64,000 nucleotides of DNA from Spirochaetota bacterium (GTDB lineage: Bacteria; Spirochaetota; UBA4802; UBA5550): the NCBI GenBank assembly GCA_050298055.1, contig JBNKTL010000001.1, positions 70,979 to 134,978 of the forward strand. Direction: 5' to 3'. The notes beneath the pieces were generated by a model. That model did no database searches. It saw only the letters and a program-made list of their open reading frames with translations, and was not told the origin of the DNA. Position numbers and translations under genes: made by a program. Of this stretch, positions 38,064-50,518 are shown one piece after another; the stretch's first letter is position 1; each line of letters begins with the position of its first letter.

Positions 38064-39407
38064 ATGATAGATAAGAGCTTAATCTGGGGCAAAGTTCTGG
38101 ATTCCATGCAGACCAATATCAATAAGCAGTCTTTTGATATGTGGTTAAAGGATACAAAGCCGCTGGAGTTCAGCGGTGACACAATGAAAGTTCGGGTTGC
38201 AGACGATGTAGCAAAACGTCATATTTCTGATCAGTATTCAAATCAGATAGAGAACATCCTTGAATCAGTGGCCGGTAAAAGAATGTCGTGTGAATTCGTC
38301 ATCAATAATGGATTCTCCACTGAAGCAGATGAAAATCCCTCGATAAAAATAAAAGAACGATTTTTCACCGGTGAAAATCAGAGATCTGTACACCTTAATC
38401 CAAAATATACCTTTGAGAACTTTATTATCGGTCCCAATAACCAGTTGGCCCATGCAGCTGCCAGTGCCGTAGCCCATGCCCCTGCAACACAGTTTAATCC
38501 GCTCTTTATCTATGGTGCCACAGGACTGGGTAAAACCCACCTCATGCATGCCGTAGGGCATCACATTATCTCTGAGAAGCCCTTTCTCAAGGTCCTTTAT
38601 GTCCCCACCGAACAGTTTATAAATGAATTTATCAATTCCATTATGTCTAACACCCAATCCAGTTTCAAGATTAAGTACAGGGACGTTGATATCCTGTTGA
38701 TAGATGATATCCAGTTTATCGAGAAAAAAGAGGAGACCCAGAATGAATTTTTTCATACCTTCAACAACCTCTATGAAAATAAGAAGCAGATTGTCATAAC
38801 CAGTGACAGACCTCCCAAGCAGCTTTCAACACTGACTGACAGGTTGAGATCGAGATTTGAATGGGGAATGATAACCGATATTCAATCACCTAATCTTGAA
38901 ACACGGGAAGCAATACTGAGGCACAATGCCGAAAGGGAGAACCTCAATATATCCGATGAAGCAATCAACTATATTGCCAGAAGAATAAAATCCACCATCA
39001 GGGCCCTGGAAGCGGCTATCAGCAGGCTCAAACTGGTTTCTTCACATTTTGAAGAACAGATCAATCCCAACCATGCCAAACTTCACCTGAAGGATCTCTT
39101 TGATGACAGTTCAAACAAAAAAGTCACCGTAACGGATATAATGATTAAAATTTCAGAGATTGACGGCATATCAGTCGAAGAGCTTAAATCCAAGAGCCGT
39201 CACAGCAGACTTATCCAGCCCCGGTTTAAAGCAATGTATCTTGTCAGAAAGCTCACGGACATGACCCAGTCAGATATCGGCAAGGAATTCGGAGACAGGG
39301 ACCATTCAACGGTTGTCAATGCAATAAATAAGATTGAAGATGATATGAGGACAAGCTCTGAATTTAAGGAACACATTGAAGATCTCATCGTGGAATTGAG
39401 GAGTTAA
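38064..39407 (+). CDS. dnaA: Chromosomal replication initiator
   Basis: LNPKYTFENF, GATGLGKTHL, LLIDDIQF, RLRSRF, RDHSTV. Confidence 0.99.
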   Translation: MIDKSLIWGKVLDSMQTNINKQSFDMWLKDTKPLEFSGDTMKVRVADDVAKRHISDQYSNQIENILESVAGKRMSCEFVINNGFSTEADENPSIKIKERFFTGENQRSVHLNPKYTFENFIIGPNNQLAHAAASAVAHAPATQFNPLFIYGATGLGKTHLMHAVGHHIISEKPFLKVLYVPTEQFINEFINSIMSNTQSSFKIKYRDVDILLIDDIQFIEKKEETQNEFFHTFNNLYENKKQIVITSDRPPKQLSTLTDRLRSRFEWGMITDIQSPNLETREAILRHNAERENLNISDEAINYIARRIKSTIRALEAAISRLKLVSSHFEEQINPNHAKLHLKDLFDDSSNKKVTVTDIMIKISEIDGISVEELKSKSRHSRLIQPRFKAMYLVRKLTDMTQSDIGKEFGDRDHSTVVNAINKIEDDMRTSSEFKEHIEDLIVELRS

Positions 39408-39650
39408 TTATCTGTTGATAAGTCATTTATTTGATGTTAATTATTCTCATATTTTATGAATAACTTTTTTATTTGACAATTAACTCAAATTAGGATTATG
39501 TCATATTTAATTTATAACAGATTATCCACTTCAATGTTATCCCGTAAATCCTGAACTGTTCAGCGTTTAGTGACTTTATTAACATATCAGGATAGACTAC
39601 TACAATTACTATTAATTAATAATTAATTAATAATATTAATAGCAGGAAAG
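39408..39650. promoter_or_regulatory. oriC part 2 with DnaA boxes, DnaA-trio-like run and AT-rich unwinding element
   Basis: TGTTGATAA 39413, TTATCCACT 39522, CTACTACAATTACTATTA 39597-39614, then an almost pure A/T tract to ~39641. Confidence 0.8.
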
Positions 39651-39655
39651 GCAAT

Positions 39656-40774
39656 ATGAGGATTATAACAGCAAAGGAAATACTTTTAAAAGCAATAAAC
39701 ATTGCAGAATCAATTATTTCATCCAAGAGTATTAATACTATACTTTCAAATTGCCTTTTGAATGTGAGAAAGGAATATACGGACGTTATTTCAACAGATA
39801 ATGAAGTGGCAACCGTAAGCAGGATCAAAGCCTCTTCAGATTCGGAAGCATCCTTTACAGTGAACGGTAAAAAACTTTCTAATTTGTTAAAGGAACTTCC
39901 CGATGATGATGTTTTTATTGACGTTAATGAATCACTGGGCATTGATATAAAATCGGCTTCAAAGGATGTAAAAGGCCACTATACCCTTATCGGCGGTTCA
40001 GCAGAGGAGTATCCTGAAGTTAACCGGATAAATAAGGATGAGTCAATCGAGATAGAACAATCTGTTCTCAAAAGTATGATTAAAAAGGTATCATATGCAG
40101 CATCCAATGATACAATTAAACCTGTTTTTAACGGGATATACATGATATCGGAACCTGTGGGGTCCCTGACAGCTGTGGCTACTGATTCACGGCGTCTCTC
40201 ACTTGTTACCCGGGAGATAGACAATGATATAGATATAAGTGAGGGGATCATTGTCCCTCTGAAAACAATTAACGAGGTCCAGAGGCTGCTTGAGTCTTCC
40301 GGCAGATGTCTCTTTTCATACAGCGATAAGAAGTGTTTCTTCAAAATAGGGGAAACAGAGGTTATCTCCCGAATCGTTGACGGTCAGTTTCCAAACTATA
40401 AACAGGTTATCCCCAAAGAACAGAGTATGCAGGCAGTTATAAATACCCGGAAACTGAGTGAATCGGTTAAAAGAGCAATGGTATTTACCCGGGAACCGGC
40501 AAATAAAATTATTCTCACTTTTGGAAAAAAGAAACTTCAGATAGACGCAAGTACACCTGAACTTGGAGAAGCAAACGAGGAGCTGCAGATTGAGTGTAAT
40601 GTAAAAGAAGAGATGTCAATTGGTATTAATGCAATGTTTCTCCTTGATACCCTGAAGGAGATAGATGATGAATTTGTTGTCTGCGGAATAACAGGACAGA
40701 TGAGCCCGGTAACAATTACCTCCGAAAAAGACAAAAATCATGTGTCCGTAATAATGCCCATACAGTTGAAATAA
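39656..40774 (+). CDS. dnaN: DNA polymerase III beta clamp
   Basis: ATDSRRL, SRIVDGQFPNYKQVIP, C-terminal VIMPI; follows dnaA. Confidence 0.97.
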   Translation: MRIITAKEILLKAINIAESIISSKSINTILSNCLLNVRKEYTDVISTDNEVATVSRIKASSDSEASFTVNGKKLSNLLKELPDDDVFIDVNESLGIDIKSASKDVKGHYTLIGGSAEEYPEVNRINKDESIEIEQSVLKSMIKKVSYAASNDTIKPVFNGIYMISEPVGSLTAVATDSRRLSLVTREIDNDIDISEGIIVPLKTINEVQRLLESSGRCLFSYSDKKCFFKIGETEVISRIVDGQFPNYKQVIPKEQSMQAVINTRKLSESVKRAMVFTREPANKIILTFGKKKLQIDASTPELGEANEELQIECNVKEEMSIGINAMFLLDTLKEIDDEFVVCGITGQMSPVTITSEKDKNHVSVIMPIQLK

Positions 40775-40820
40775 TAGTTTTCTTGATAGGCCCTTCTTTT
40801 TATTACCGGTATATCCCTCT

Positions 40821-41927
40821 ATGTATATCAAAAATTTAAGTGTTAAAAACTTCAGAAATTACAGGGAACTTGACCTGGAGTTTTCACCGGAAGTAAACTT
40901 TATTACCGGGGATAACGGAATCGGAAAAACAAATATCCTTGAAGCAATTACCATAACATCAAATATTAAATCGTTCAGAAATACACCTGACAGTGAGATT
41001 ATTCTCTGGGGTGAAGAATCCTACTACTGTTCATCTGTCATTGAAAAGAACGATTACAGAAAATTTGAAGTTGGCTGTACCCACATCTCGGACAGGACCA
41101 AAAAGAAAATAAAAATTGAAAGCAGAGAAATAATGAGGGGAACGGATTATTTTGGAAAATGCCTCTCTGTTATTTTTACACCAATGGATATTAACCTGAT
41201 CAACGGGTCTCCCGAGGTCAGGAGAAAGTTCTTCGATTCTGTTCTCTCCAAAATAGATAATGAATATATGGTTAACTTAAGCGAGATGAAAAAAATACTC
41301 CGTTCGAGGAACAGGATTCTCAAGATGATAAGAGAGAAAAGAACGAGCGGAACAGGACAGCTGGATGTCTGGGACAAAATGTTTTCTGAAAAGGTATCGT
41401 TCATTGTAAAGAAGAGAAGAGAATTTATCAAACAATTTGCCGGTCTTTTTTCCGATTCTTACAAAAGTATTGCAGGTGATGATCCCGGCACGGGTATTGA
41501 GTATATATCCTCTACAGCTTCAGATGAGAAAGGGGAAATAATGCAGGAGCTGGGAATAAACAGGAACAGGGATATTGCAATGGGAACAACCGGAACGGGG
41601 CCCCAGAGGGACGACTACATTCTGGTCAGGGACGGCAGGATCTTTACCCATTACGCGTCACAGGGACAGAGGAGAACAGCGGCAATATCCCTTAAGATGT
41701 CCGAGTGTGAGATCATCGAAGAAAAATCGGGAAAGAAATCGATTATCCTGGTAGATGATATTTTTTCAGAACTTGACGGCAGAAGACGGGAAAGAATGGT
41801 GGAAATACTCAACAGGGGAAACCAGGTTATCTTTACCATGGTCGATCCCGGTTCCATTCCGGAAAGAATATATAACGAGAGCATGAAGTACAGGGTGAAA
41901 CCCGGGGGACGAGTGGAAAAATACTAG
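40821..41927 (+). CDS. recF: DNA replication/repair protein RecF
   Basis: NFRNY, GDNGIGKTNILEA, GPQRDD, SQGQRR, DDIFSELD. Confidence 0.97.
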   Translation: MYIKNLSVKNFRNYRELDLEFSPEVNFITGDNGIGKTNILEAITITSNIKSFRNTPDSEIILWGEESYYCSSVIEKNDYRKFEVGCTHISDRTKKKIKIESREIMRGTDYFGKCLSVIFTPMDINLINGSPEVRRKFFDSVLSKIDNEYMVNLSEMKKILRSRNRILKMIREKRTSGTGQLDVWDKMFSEKVSFIVKKRREFIKQFAGLFSDSYKSIAGDDPGTGIEYISSTASDEKGEIMQELGINRNRDIAMGTTGTGPQRDDYILVRDGRIFTHYASQGQRRTAAISLKMSECEIIEEKSGKKSIILVDDIFSELDGRRRERMVEILNRGNQVIFTMVDPGSIPERIYNESMKYRVKPGGRVEKY

Positions 41928-42163
41928 TGCTGAGCAGCAGTTAAAAGCAGTCGAAATACTGAAGTTTCACAACACGATTTTATATTTTTCAGATATACAA
42001 TTTCTTGACTAAAAGAGGCTCAATATTATCATGGATATAAATTTCCGGTGATAAATTCAGCGAACTATGCTTTCCCTTTACCGGGTAAGGAGTAAAAATA
42101 ATTTTTAATCGTAATAACCGGAAACGTTTTGATCCTGTAATTACCAGATAGTCTATTCATAAA

Positions 42164-42508
42164 ATGAAATTCAGGTTTAGGAACTTCAGGTCAGGTAAAA
42201 CAGTGGAATTCCATGAAGTCCTGCCTGATATTATTAAGGAGCTGGATGTTGATGATTCGTTTGTAATTATTCAGCTAAAGCAGAACTGGGAAAAAATAGC
42301 CGGTAATATTATATCTGCCCACAGCACTCCTGAGAAAATTTACGGAAAAAAACTCTTTGTATCAGTGGATCATCCGGTTTATGCCAATGAAATATCGCTG
42401 ATGAAGAACAGCCTGTTGGACAAGATTAACAGGGTCCTCTCATCCGAGATGGTTAATGATATTAAAGCCGATGTAAAAAAATCCAGGTGGAGAAAGAAGG
42501 AACAGTAA
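42164..42508 (+). CDS. dciA: DUF721/DciA family protein
   Basis: WEKIAG..I.AHS.P...LFVSVDHPVYANE pattern; syntenic position after recF. Confidence 0.8.
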   Translation: MKFRFRNFRSGKTVEFHEVLPDIIKELDVDDSFVIIQLKQNWEKIAGNIISAHSTPEKIYGKKLFVSVDHPVYANEISLMKNSLLDKINRVLSSEMVNDIKADVKKSRWRKKEQ

Positions 42509-42511
42509 ACG

Positions 42512-44649
<2,138 letters not shown>

Positions 44650-44713
44650 GGACTGGATTGAATTGTAAAATCAGAAAATACAAGAATAGAGAGCAGGAAG
44701 CAGGGATAGAAAG

Positions 44714-47158
44714 GTGCCAACGAAAAAGAATACATCAACGGATAAAATAGTCAATGTTGAAATTGAAGACCAGATGATGAACTCGTACCTCGATTACGCC
44801 ATGAGTGTAATCGTGGGCCGGGCTCTTCCTGATGTCAGGGACGGGTTGAAGCCCGTTCATAGAAGGATTCTCCATGCCATGAACGAGAGGGCCTGGAGAA
44901 GCGACAGGGCTTATGTGAAGTCAGCAAAGATTGTGGGTGAAGTTATCGGTAACTATCATCCCCATGGCGATTCTGCTGTCTATGACACCATGGTGAGGAT
45001 GGCCCAGGACTTTTCCCTGAGAAATCCCATCATTGACGGACAGGGCAACTTCGGTTCCGTGGACGGGGACCCCCCTGCTGCTTACAGGTATACTGAGGCC
45101 AGGCTGAACAAGCTGGCCGAGGAGATGCTCAGGGATATCGACAAGGAGACTGTTGATTTTAACCCGAACTTTGATGAAACACGACAGGAGCCCCGTGTAC
45201 TTCCCGCGGCGTTTCCCAACCTTCTGGTTAACGGTTCCGAGGGAATTGCCGTGGGTATGGCCACAAAGATCCCTCCCCACAACCTGGTGGAGGTCATTGA
45301 AGGTACCATTGCGCTCATAGATAACCCTGCTCTTACCGTCAGGCAGTTAATGAAATATATCAAAGGACCTGATTTTCCCACTGCGGCGTCAATTGTCGGG
45401 TCGGAAGGGATCGTAAAGGCATATACAACCGGAAGGGGCAGCATCACCATCAGGGGCAAGTATGAAGTTGAGTCCGGCAAGAAGGGACGGGACAGCATCA
45501 TCATAAGCGAGATCCCCTACCAGGTCAACAAGGCTTCGCTTATTGCGCGGATTGCCGACCTGGTGAACAACAAGACCATTGAGGGAGTCTCCGCCCTGAG
45601 AGATGAGTCGGACAGAAGAGGCATGCGGATTGTCATAGAACTCAAGAAGGATGCCAACACAAATGTCATTATAAACCAGATATTTAAACACACACAGTTC
45701 CAGAATTCTTTCGGTATTATCTTTCTCGCGCTTGTTGACAATGTGCCCAAGGTCCTGGACCTCAAGGGCCTTCTGAGCAACTACATCCAGCACAGGAAGA
45801 TCGTCATAACCAGGCGTACCCGGTATGAGCTCCGGAAAGCCGAGGAGAGGGCCCACATTCTTGAAGGACTGAAGATAGCCCTTGATAATATCGACGAGGT
45901 TATCAGCATTATCCGCTCATCCAAGACCCCTGATGAAGCGGGAACCCGGCTTATAAAAAAATTCAGGCTTTCAGAAATCCAGGCAAAAGCCATCCTTGAC
46001 ATGAGGCTTCAGAGACTGACATCCCTTGAAGTGAAAAAAATCGAAGATGAACTGAAGGAACTCAAGAAACTTATTAAGGAGCTCAAGGAGATCCTCAAGA
46101 GCGAAACGAAGATCCTGAATATTGTAAAAAATGAACTCAACATCATTAAGGATAAATACGGAGACAAAAGGCGGACAGAGATTGTCATGGGTGAGGCCAC
46201 TACCGATTTTAACGTGGAAGACCTCATCGCCGAAGAGGACATGGTCATATCCATCTCCAATGACGGCTTTATCAGGAGGATCCCCATCGATACCTTTAAG
46301 AAACAGAGACGGGGAGGTAAAGGCGTTATCGGCATGTCTTCCAAGCGTGAAGACTTTATTGCCATGATGACAATTGCCACCACGCATGATATTGTCATGT
46401 TTTTCTCGAACAAAGGGAAAATCTTTGCCATGAAGGCCTACGAGATCCCTCTTGCAGGAAAAAGCAGCAGGGGGAGAAATATCAAGGGGATACTCAACCT
46501 CTCATCCGGTGAAGGCATCACCGCTGTCTGTGCCGTGGGTGATTTTGAAGGGGATGACTATCTCTGTATGGTTACAAGGGAGGGTATCCTGAAAAAGTCC
46601 GATATCGGTAACTTCATAAATGCCAAAAAGGGAGGGATCATTGCCATCAACCTCAAAAAGAATGATGAACTGGTTGATGTAAAAGTCGTGGAGAAGGGAG
46701 ATGATATCGTCATTGCCACAAAAAGCGGAAACCTTTTAAGAACAAACCTCCTGAAGATGAGGGCAATGGGAAGGACAGCGGCAGGAATTATCGGTATGAG
46801 GCTTACAAAAGACGATATGATCATAGGACTGGATGTTGTTAAACAGAACTCCTCTCTCTTTGTCATAAGCCAGAAGGGTTTTGGAAAAAGGATCAACTAC
46901 CAGAACTTTACCGCAAAAGGGAGAGGCGGCAAGGGGATGACATATCTCAAGGTTTCTGATAAAAACGGTCCTTCCATCGGAATCAGGTCTGTTTATATGG
47001 AAGATGAAATTATTATTATCTCCAAGAATGGAATGACAATAAGACTGCAGGCAAAGGACGTGTCCACACAGGGAAGGGCAACGGTGGGAGTCAAGCTTCT
47101 TGATGTGGGAAACGATGATATGGTTTCAGATTTTGCCGTCATATCAGAAGAGAAATAG
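44714..47158 (+). CDS. gyrA: DNA gyrase subunit A
   Basis: RALPDVRDGLKPV, YHPHGD, YRYTEA, GyrA-box QRRGGKG. Confidence 0.99.
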   Translation: MPTKKNTSTDKIVNVEIEDQMMNSYLDYAMSVIVGRALPDVRDGLKPVHRRILHAMNERAWRSDRAYVKSAKIVGEVIGNYHPHGDSAVYDTMVRMAQDFSLRNPIIDGQGNFGSVDGDPPAAYRYTEARLNKLAEEMLRDIDKETVDFNPNFDETRQEPRVLPAAFPNLLVNGSEGIAVGMATKIPPHNLVEVIEGTIALIDNPALTVRQLMKYIKGPDFPTAASIVGSEGIVKAYTTGRGSITIRGKYEVESGKKGRDSIIISEIPYQVNKASLIARIADLVNNKTIEGVSALRDESDRRGMRIVIELKKDANTNVIINQIFKHTQFQNSFGIIFLALVDNVPKVLDLKGLLSNYIQHRKIVITRRTRYELRKAEERAHILEGLKIALDNIDEVISIIRSSKTPDEAGTRLIKKFRLSEIQAKAILDMRLQRLTSLEVKKIEDELKELKKLIKELKEILKSETKILNIVKNELNIIKDKYGDKRRTEIVMGEATTDFNVEDLIAEEDMVISISNDGFIRRIPIDTFKKQRRGGKGVIGMSSKREDFIAMMTIATTHDIVMFFSNKGKIFAMKAYEIPLAGKSSRGRNIKGILNLSSGEGITAVCAVGDFEGDDYLCMVTREGILKKSDIGNFINAKKGGIIAINLKKNDELVDVKVVEKGDDIVIATKSGNLLRTNLLKMRAMGRTAAGIIGMRLTKDDMIIGLDVVKQNSSLFVISQKGFGKRINYQNFTAKGRGGKGMTYLKVSDKNGPSIGIRSVYMEDEIIIISKNGMTIRLQAKDVSTQGRATVGVKLLDVGNDDMVSDFAVISEEK

Positions 47159-47171
47159 AGGAGAATGAAAC

Positions 47172-47279
47172 ATGGGGAGAGTTGTGATATTTATAAAACT
47201 TGCAGTCATTGTGACACTTCTGACTTTTTTTCTCAACCCGGTTGTTGAGAGAGTCCTGTTCATGATCGACAATATCTAA
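47172..47279 (+). CDS. Putative 35-aa single-pass membrane protein
   Basis: GAGGAG about 8 nt upstream; MGRVVIFIKLAVIVTLLTFFLNPVVERVLFMIDNI*. Confidence 0.45.
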   Translation: MGRVVIFIKLAVIVTLLTFFLNPVVERVLFMIDNI

Positions 47280-47296
47280 ATATCCAGCCGAAGGAA

Positions 47297-48172
47297 TTAC
47301 ATTTTCCAGTAGCTTATTCTGCGCACAATCATCCAGGAGTCCCTGGATGGCGGCCCTCCCCCCCATTTGGGATTACCCGTCCATGTATTAAGATGAATAT
47401 TCCCTGTCCCGGATTTCACAGGTGATCCTTCACGTGAAGAGAACCCGGTTATGATTTTTCCGTCTATGGTAAAATCTATTCTCTTCTTTGTCCAGATGAA
47501 CCCGTAGGTATGAAAATCATCTGCAGGGTTGAAGTTGAGCCGGGCAATTCTGTGGTATTTTGGCGGGAGAAGGTTGTTCCGTGGATGTACAACGAAGTGG
47601 ACCTTGCCCCTGTGCCTGTTGAATTCATCAGTAAGAAATTCAATATCGATCTCCTCACCTTTCTTTTCCGGGTTCATGATAAAGAACGCATTAACAGCCC
47701 CCGGAGCAGATGATGGTTTCATCCTGATCTCATATATTCCGAAGTGAAAGTCTTTTTTTACCGAAACCAGTTCTCCTCCCTCATTTTTCCCGGCAGGAAT
47801 ACCCAGCCTGAGATATCCCCCGTCTTCACCGGAATGGAAAGGCACAGTGTCAACGTTTACCGGTTTCAGCGGACATCTTCCGGGACCTGACCTTTTCGAC
47901 CTCTTCCATATCCCGTCACTGCTTCTGTTGCGTCTGAACCGGATACCCTTAAATTCGTAGTTAAAATCAGGCTGTCCCTCCCTCCCGTGGACTTTCCTGA
48001 GGGACTCTGACCCTGCATAAACGGTCATCTCTCTCATGAATGTTTTATCATATAAGGGGCCGGTATTTAATATTTGAAGAAAAAGGTTCTTTCCGCCTCC
48101 TGCCAGGGAATGGGACGTGAACAGGAATGGCAGCAGAAGTATTGGCAGAATGGTTTTTAATATTTTTTTCAT
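47297..48172 (-). CDS. Glycoside hydrolase family 16 (beta-glucanase-like), secreted
   Basis: Catalytic EEIDIEF, DDFHTYGFIW, signal peptide. Confidence 0.9.
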   Translation of the reverse strand: MKKILKTILPILLLPFLFTSHSLAGGGKNLFLQILNTGPLYDKTFMREMTVYAGSESLRKVHGREGQPDFNYEFKGIRFRRNRSSDGIWKRSKRSGPGRCPLKPVNVDTVPFHSGEDGGYLRLGIPAGKNEGGELVSVKKDFHFGIYEIRMKPSSAPGAVNAFFIMNPEKKGEEIDIEFLTDEFNRHRGKVHFVVHPRNNLLPPKYHRIARLNFNPADDFHTYGFIWTKKRIDFTIDGKIITGFSSREGSPVKSGTGNIHLNTWTGNPKWGGGPPSRDSWMIVRRISYWKM

Positions 48173-48346
48173 AAAAAGTAACGGTTTCCTGTAATATACT
48201 CATTTACAGGTATTATTTCAACCAGGTTAGTACTCAGCCATCAATAAGAATAACAACTGGTATAGTTAAAATATTATCAAGAAAAACTTATTGAATTCTG
48301 CAGTATCCCTGATAATAATCCATTAAAAATCCCCGGGGTAAAGGCT

Positions 48347-49024
48347 ATGAAAAAATTATCATTATTTCTCATTCTCACTTTTATACCGCAGGTTCTCTTA
48401 CCAAACTGGCAGATCTCGGAATACCGCACAAAAACATATGAGAACTTCAGGTCCTATCACGGTTTCAACCGAGTCATTGATGAAAAAAACGTTGATTATC
48501 CCCTCCTGAACGCCGCGGTTTTCTATGTTACAAACGAGGTCCGGGTCAGGCAGGGGAGAAAACCTCTTGAATATGCACCGGAGCTTGAAAAATCCGCATG
48601 GCTCCATTCAAAGGAGATGGTGGAGAAGAACTTTTTCTCGCACAAAAACCCCTTTGTACCCCGAAAGAGAACCCCAGAGCAGAGAGGAGGTCTTGCAGGG
48701 ATAAAAAATCCGAAGATTGCCGAGAACATTGCAACAGGCTTCGGCATCGTATACACTGCAGGAAGACCGGTTTATAACCGGGGAAGCGGCAGGTTCAGCT
48801 ATACTCCCACCGGTAAAATACTTCCCAACCACACGTATCTTTCACTGGCAGAGGCCCTGGTGCGGCAGTGGATGAATTCCCCCGGTCACAGGAGGAACAT
48901 CCTTTCGAAGAACGGGATCCAGCTTGGTTGCGGAGTCTACTTTTACAGGGACAGGAGATTTAATAATATGCTCAAATGTAAAGCCACCCAGAATTTTCAG
49001 TGGTTTATCAGGATCGAGAAATGA
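48347..49024 (+). CDS. CAP/SCP domain protein, secreted
   Basis: TNEVR, HSKEM...FFSH, AENI, WMNSPGHRRNIL. Confidence 0.92.
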   Translation: MKKLSLFLILTFIPQVLLPNWQISEYRTKTYENFRSYHGFNRVIDEKNVDYPLLNAAVFYVTNEVRVRQGRKPLEYAPELEKSAWLHSKEMVEKNFFSHKNPFVPRKRTPEQRGGLAGIKNPKIAENIATGFGIVYTAGRPVYNRGSGRFSYTPTGKILPNHTYLSLAEALVRQWMNSPGHRRNILSKNGIQLGCGVYFYRDRRFNNMLKCKATQNFQWFIRIEK

Positions 49025-49551
49025 CAGAAGAGAAGAGGAGTCACTATGTCTGGACAGGGGATGAAAGACCCCGGATGGGAAAAGGTGTCTTTATGGCAGA
49101 GACGGCAACAGTTACCGGCGATGTAAGACTGGGGGACCATTCAAGTGTCTTTTTTGGTTCGGTTCTCAGGGGTGATATAAACTTTATTTCAGTGGGAGAG
49201 AGGAGCAATATCCAGGACCTCTGTTGTCTTCATGTTGCAGATGAACATCCCTGTATTGTGGGAAATGATGTCGTGGTGGGTCACAATGTGGTTCTTCACG
49301 GGTGCACGGTTGAGGATGCGGTACTCGTAGGGATAGGCGCGATTTTGCTCAATGGAGTAAAGGTCGGATACGGAAGTATTATCGGTGCCGGAACTCTCCT
49401 TACCCCGGGTACTGAGATTCCCCCCTATTCTCTTGTCTTCGGTTCTCCCGGGAAAGTCGTTCGGTCCCTTACGGAAAATAATGTGAAGGAAACAATTTTC
49501 ATGGCAGAAAAATATCTTCGGGTTAAGGATAACTATTTGAAAAAAAAATAA
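49021..49551 (+). CDS. Gamma carbonic anhydrase family protein
   Basis: LRGD, SNIQD..LH, GHNVVLHGC, hexapeptide repeats; ATGA overlap with the CAP gene. Confidence 0.93.
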   Translation: MTEEKRSHYVWTGDERPRMGKGVFMAETATVTGDVRLGDHSSVFFGSVLRGDINFISVGERSNIQDLCCLHVADEHPCIVGNDVVVGHNVVLHGCTVEDAVLVGIGAILLNGVKVGYGSIIGAGTLLTPGTEIPPYSLVFGSPGKVVRSLTENNVKETIFMAEKYLRVKDNYLKKK

Positions 49552-49568
49552 GGCGGGTAAATTATTTA

Positions 49569-50489
49569 ATGATGACAATAAACAGGCTCGATATCTCTCA
49601 CAGGGAACTGGTTAACGGTTACTTTAAAAGATATCCGCCGGAAATATCCGAACACACCTTTACAAATCTCTTTGTGTGGAGAAAGTTCCGCCCTGTCTAT
49701 TTCATTGAAAAAGACGATTCACTCATTTTTTTTATTAAAAGAGAGAACCCCGGGGAACAGGAGATCATCCTCTTTGGTCCGCCGGCGGGAGAGATCTCAA
49801 TTGATGATATTCTGGAGAATAAAGATTTCAGGATTACAGGTGCAACCCGTCTCACAGAAAGTACCATTGGGGCTTTCATGAAAAAGCGGATAAACCTGGA
49901 GGATGACAGAGACAACTCCGATTATCTCTACCGTGTCGATGACCTAGCCACTTTTTCGGGACGAAAGTTTTCAAGGAAACGAAACCACATTAAAAGATGC
50001 CTTGAGGCCCATGATTGCGTTTATGAAGAAATAAATGATGAGTCCATGGGAGAGGTCAGGGAGATGCATGAGCGGTGGTGCAGGTCAAGAGGCTGTTTTG
50101 ATGATCCTGACCTGGTCAAGGAATATGAAGCGGTAAGGGAGGCCCTGGAACATTTTTCCCTGTTCAGGCTTACCGGAGGAATTATAAGGATCAACGGACA
50201 GGTTGAGGCATTTGCCGTGGGGGAGAAACTCAACCCGGAAACGGCTGTCTGGCATTTTGAAAAGGCAATGAGAGAGTTCCACGGGCTTAACCAGCTGATT
50301 ACACACTGGTTTGCAAAATACAGTCTGGGTGATTTTCAATATGTAAACAGGGAGCAGGACCTGGGAATTCCCGGACTGAGAAAGGCGAAGCAGAGCTACT
50401 TTCCCCATTCACTTTTGAAAAAGTATAATGCGGTTTTTACGGGCTGTAAGCCCATACCCAGGTGCATGGTTCACTTTTGTGAGGATTGA
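49569..50489 (+). CDS. DUF2156 / aminoacyl-phosphatidylglycerol synthase C-terminal-like protein
   Basis: SEHTFTNLFVW, DYLY, KRNH, HFEKA, NREQDLGIPGLRKAKQSY. Confidence 0.9.
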   Translation: MMTINRLDISHRELVNGYFKRYPPEISEHTFTNLFVWRKFRPVYFIEKDDSLIFFIKRENPGEQEIILFGPPAGEISIDDILENKDFRITGATRLTESTIGAFMKKRINLEDDRDNSDYLYRVDDLATFSGRKFSRKRNHIKRCLEAHDCVYEEINDESMGEVREMHERWCRSRGCFDDPDLVKEYEAVREALEHFSLFRLTGGIIRINGQVEAFAVGEKLNPETAVWHFEKAMREFHGLNQLITHWFAKYSLGDFQYVNREQDLGIPGLRKAKQSYFPHSLLKKYNAVFTGCKPIPRCMVHFCED

Positions 50490-50518
50490 TTTATTGACAT
50501 ATCTAAAAACCGGTAGTA

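Noticed and set aside
47165..47248. Cys-rich 27-aa ORF MKHGESCDIYKTCSHC... after gyrA
   Set aside because: The ATG is only about 1 nt from the RBS; the overlapping frame at 47172 has better spacing
47428..47439. CTTCACGTGAAG palindrome as a parS site
   Set aside because: Only the core matches TGTTTCACGTGAAACA (11 of 16); it lies inside the GH16 CDS and is a single copy
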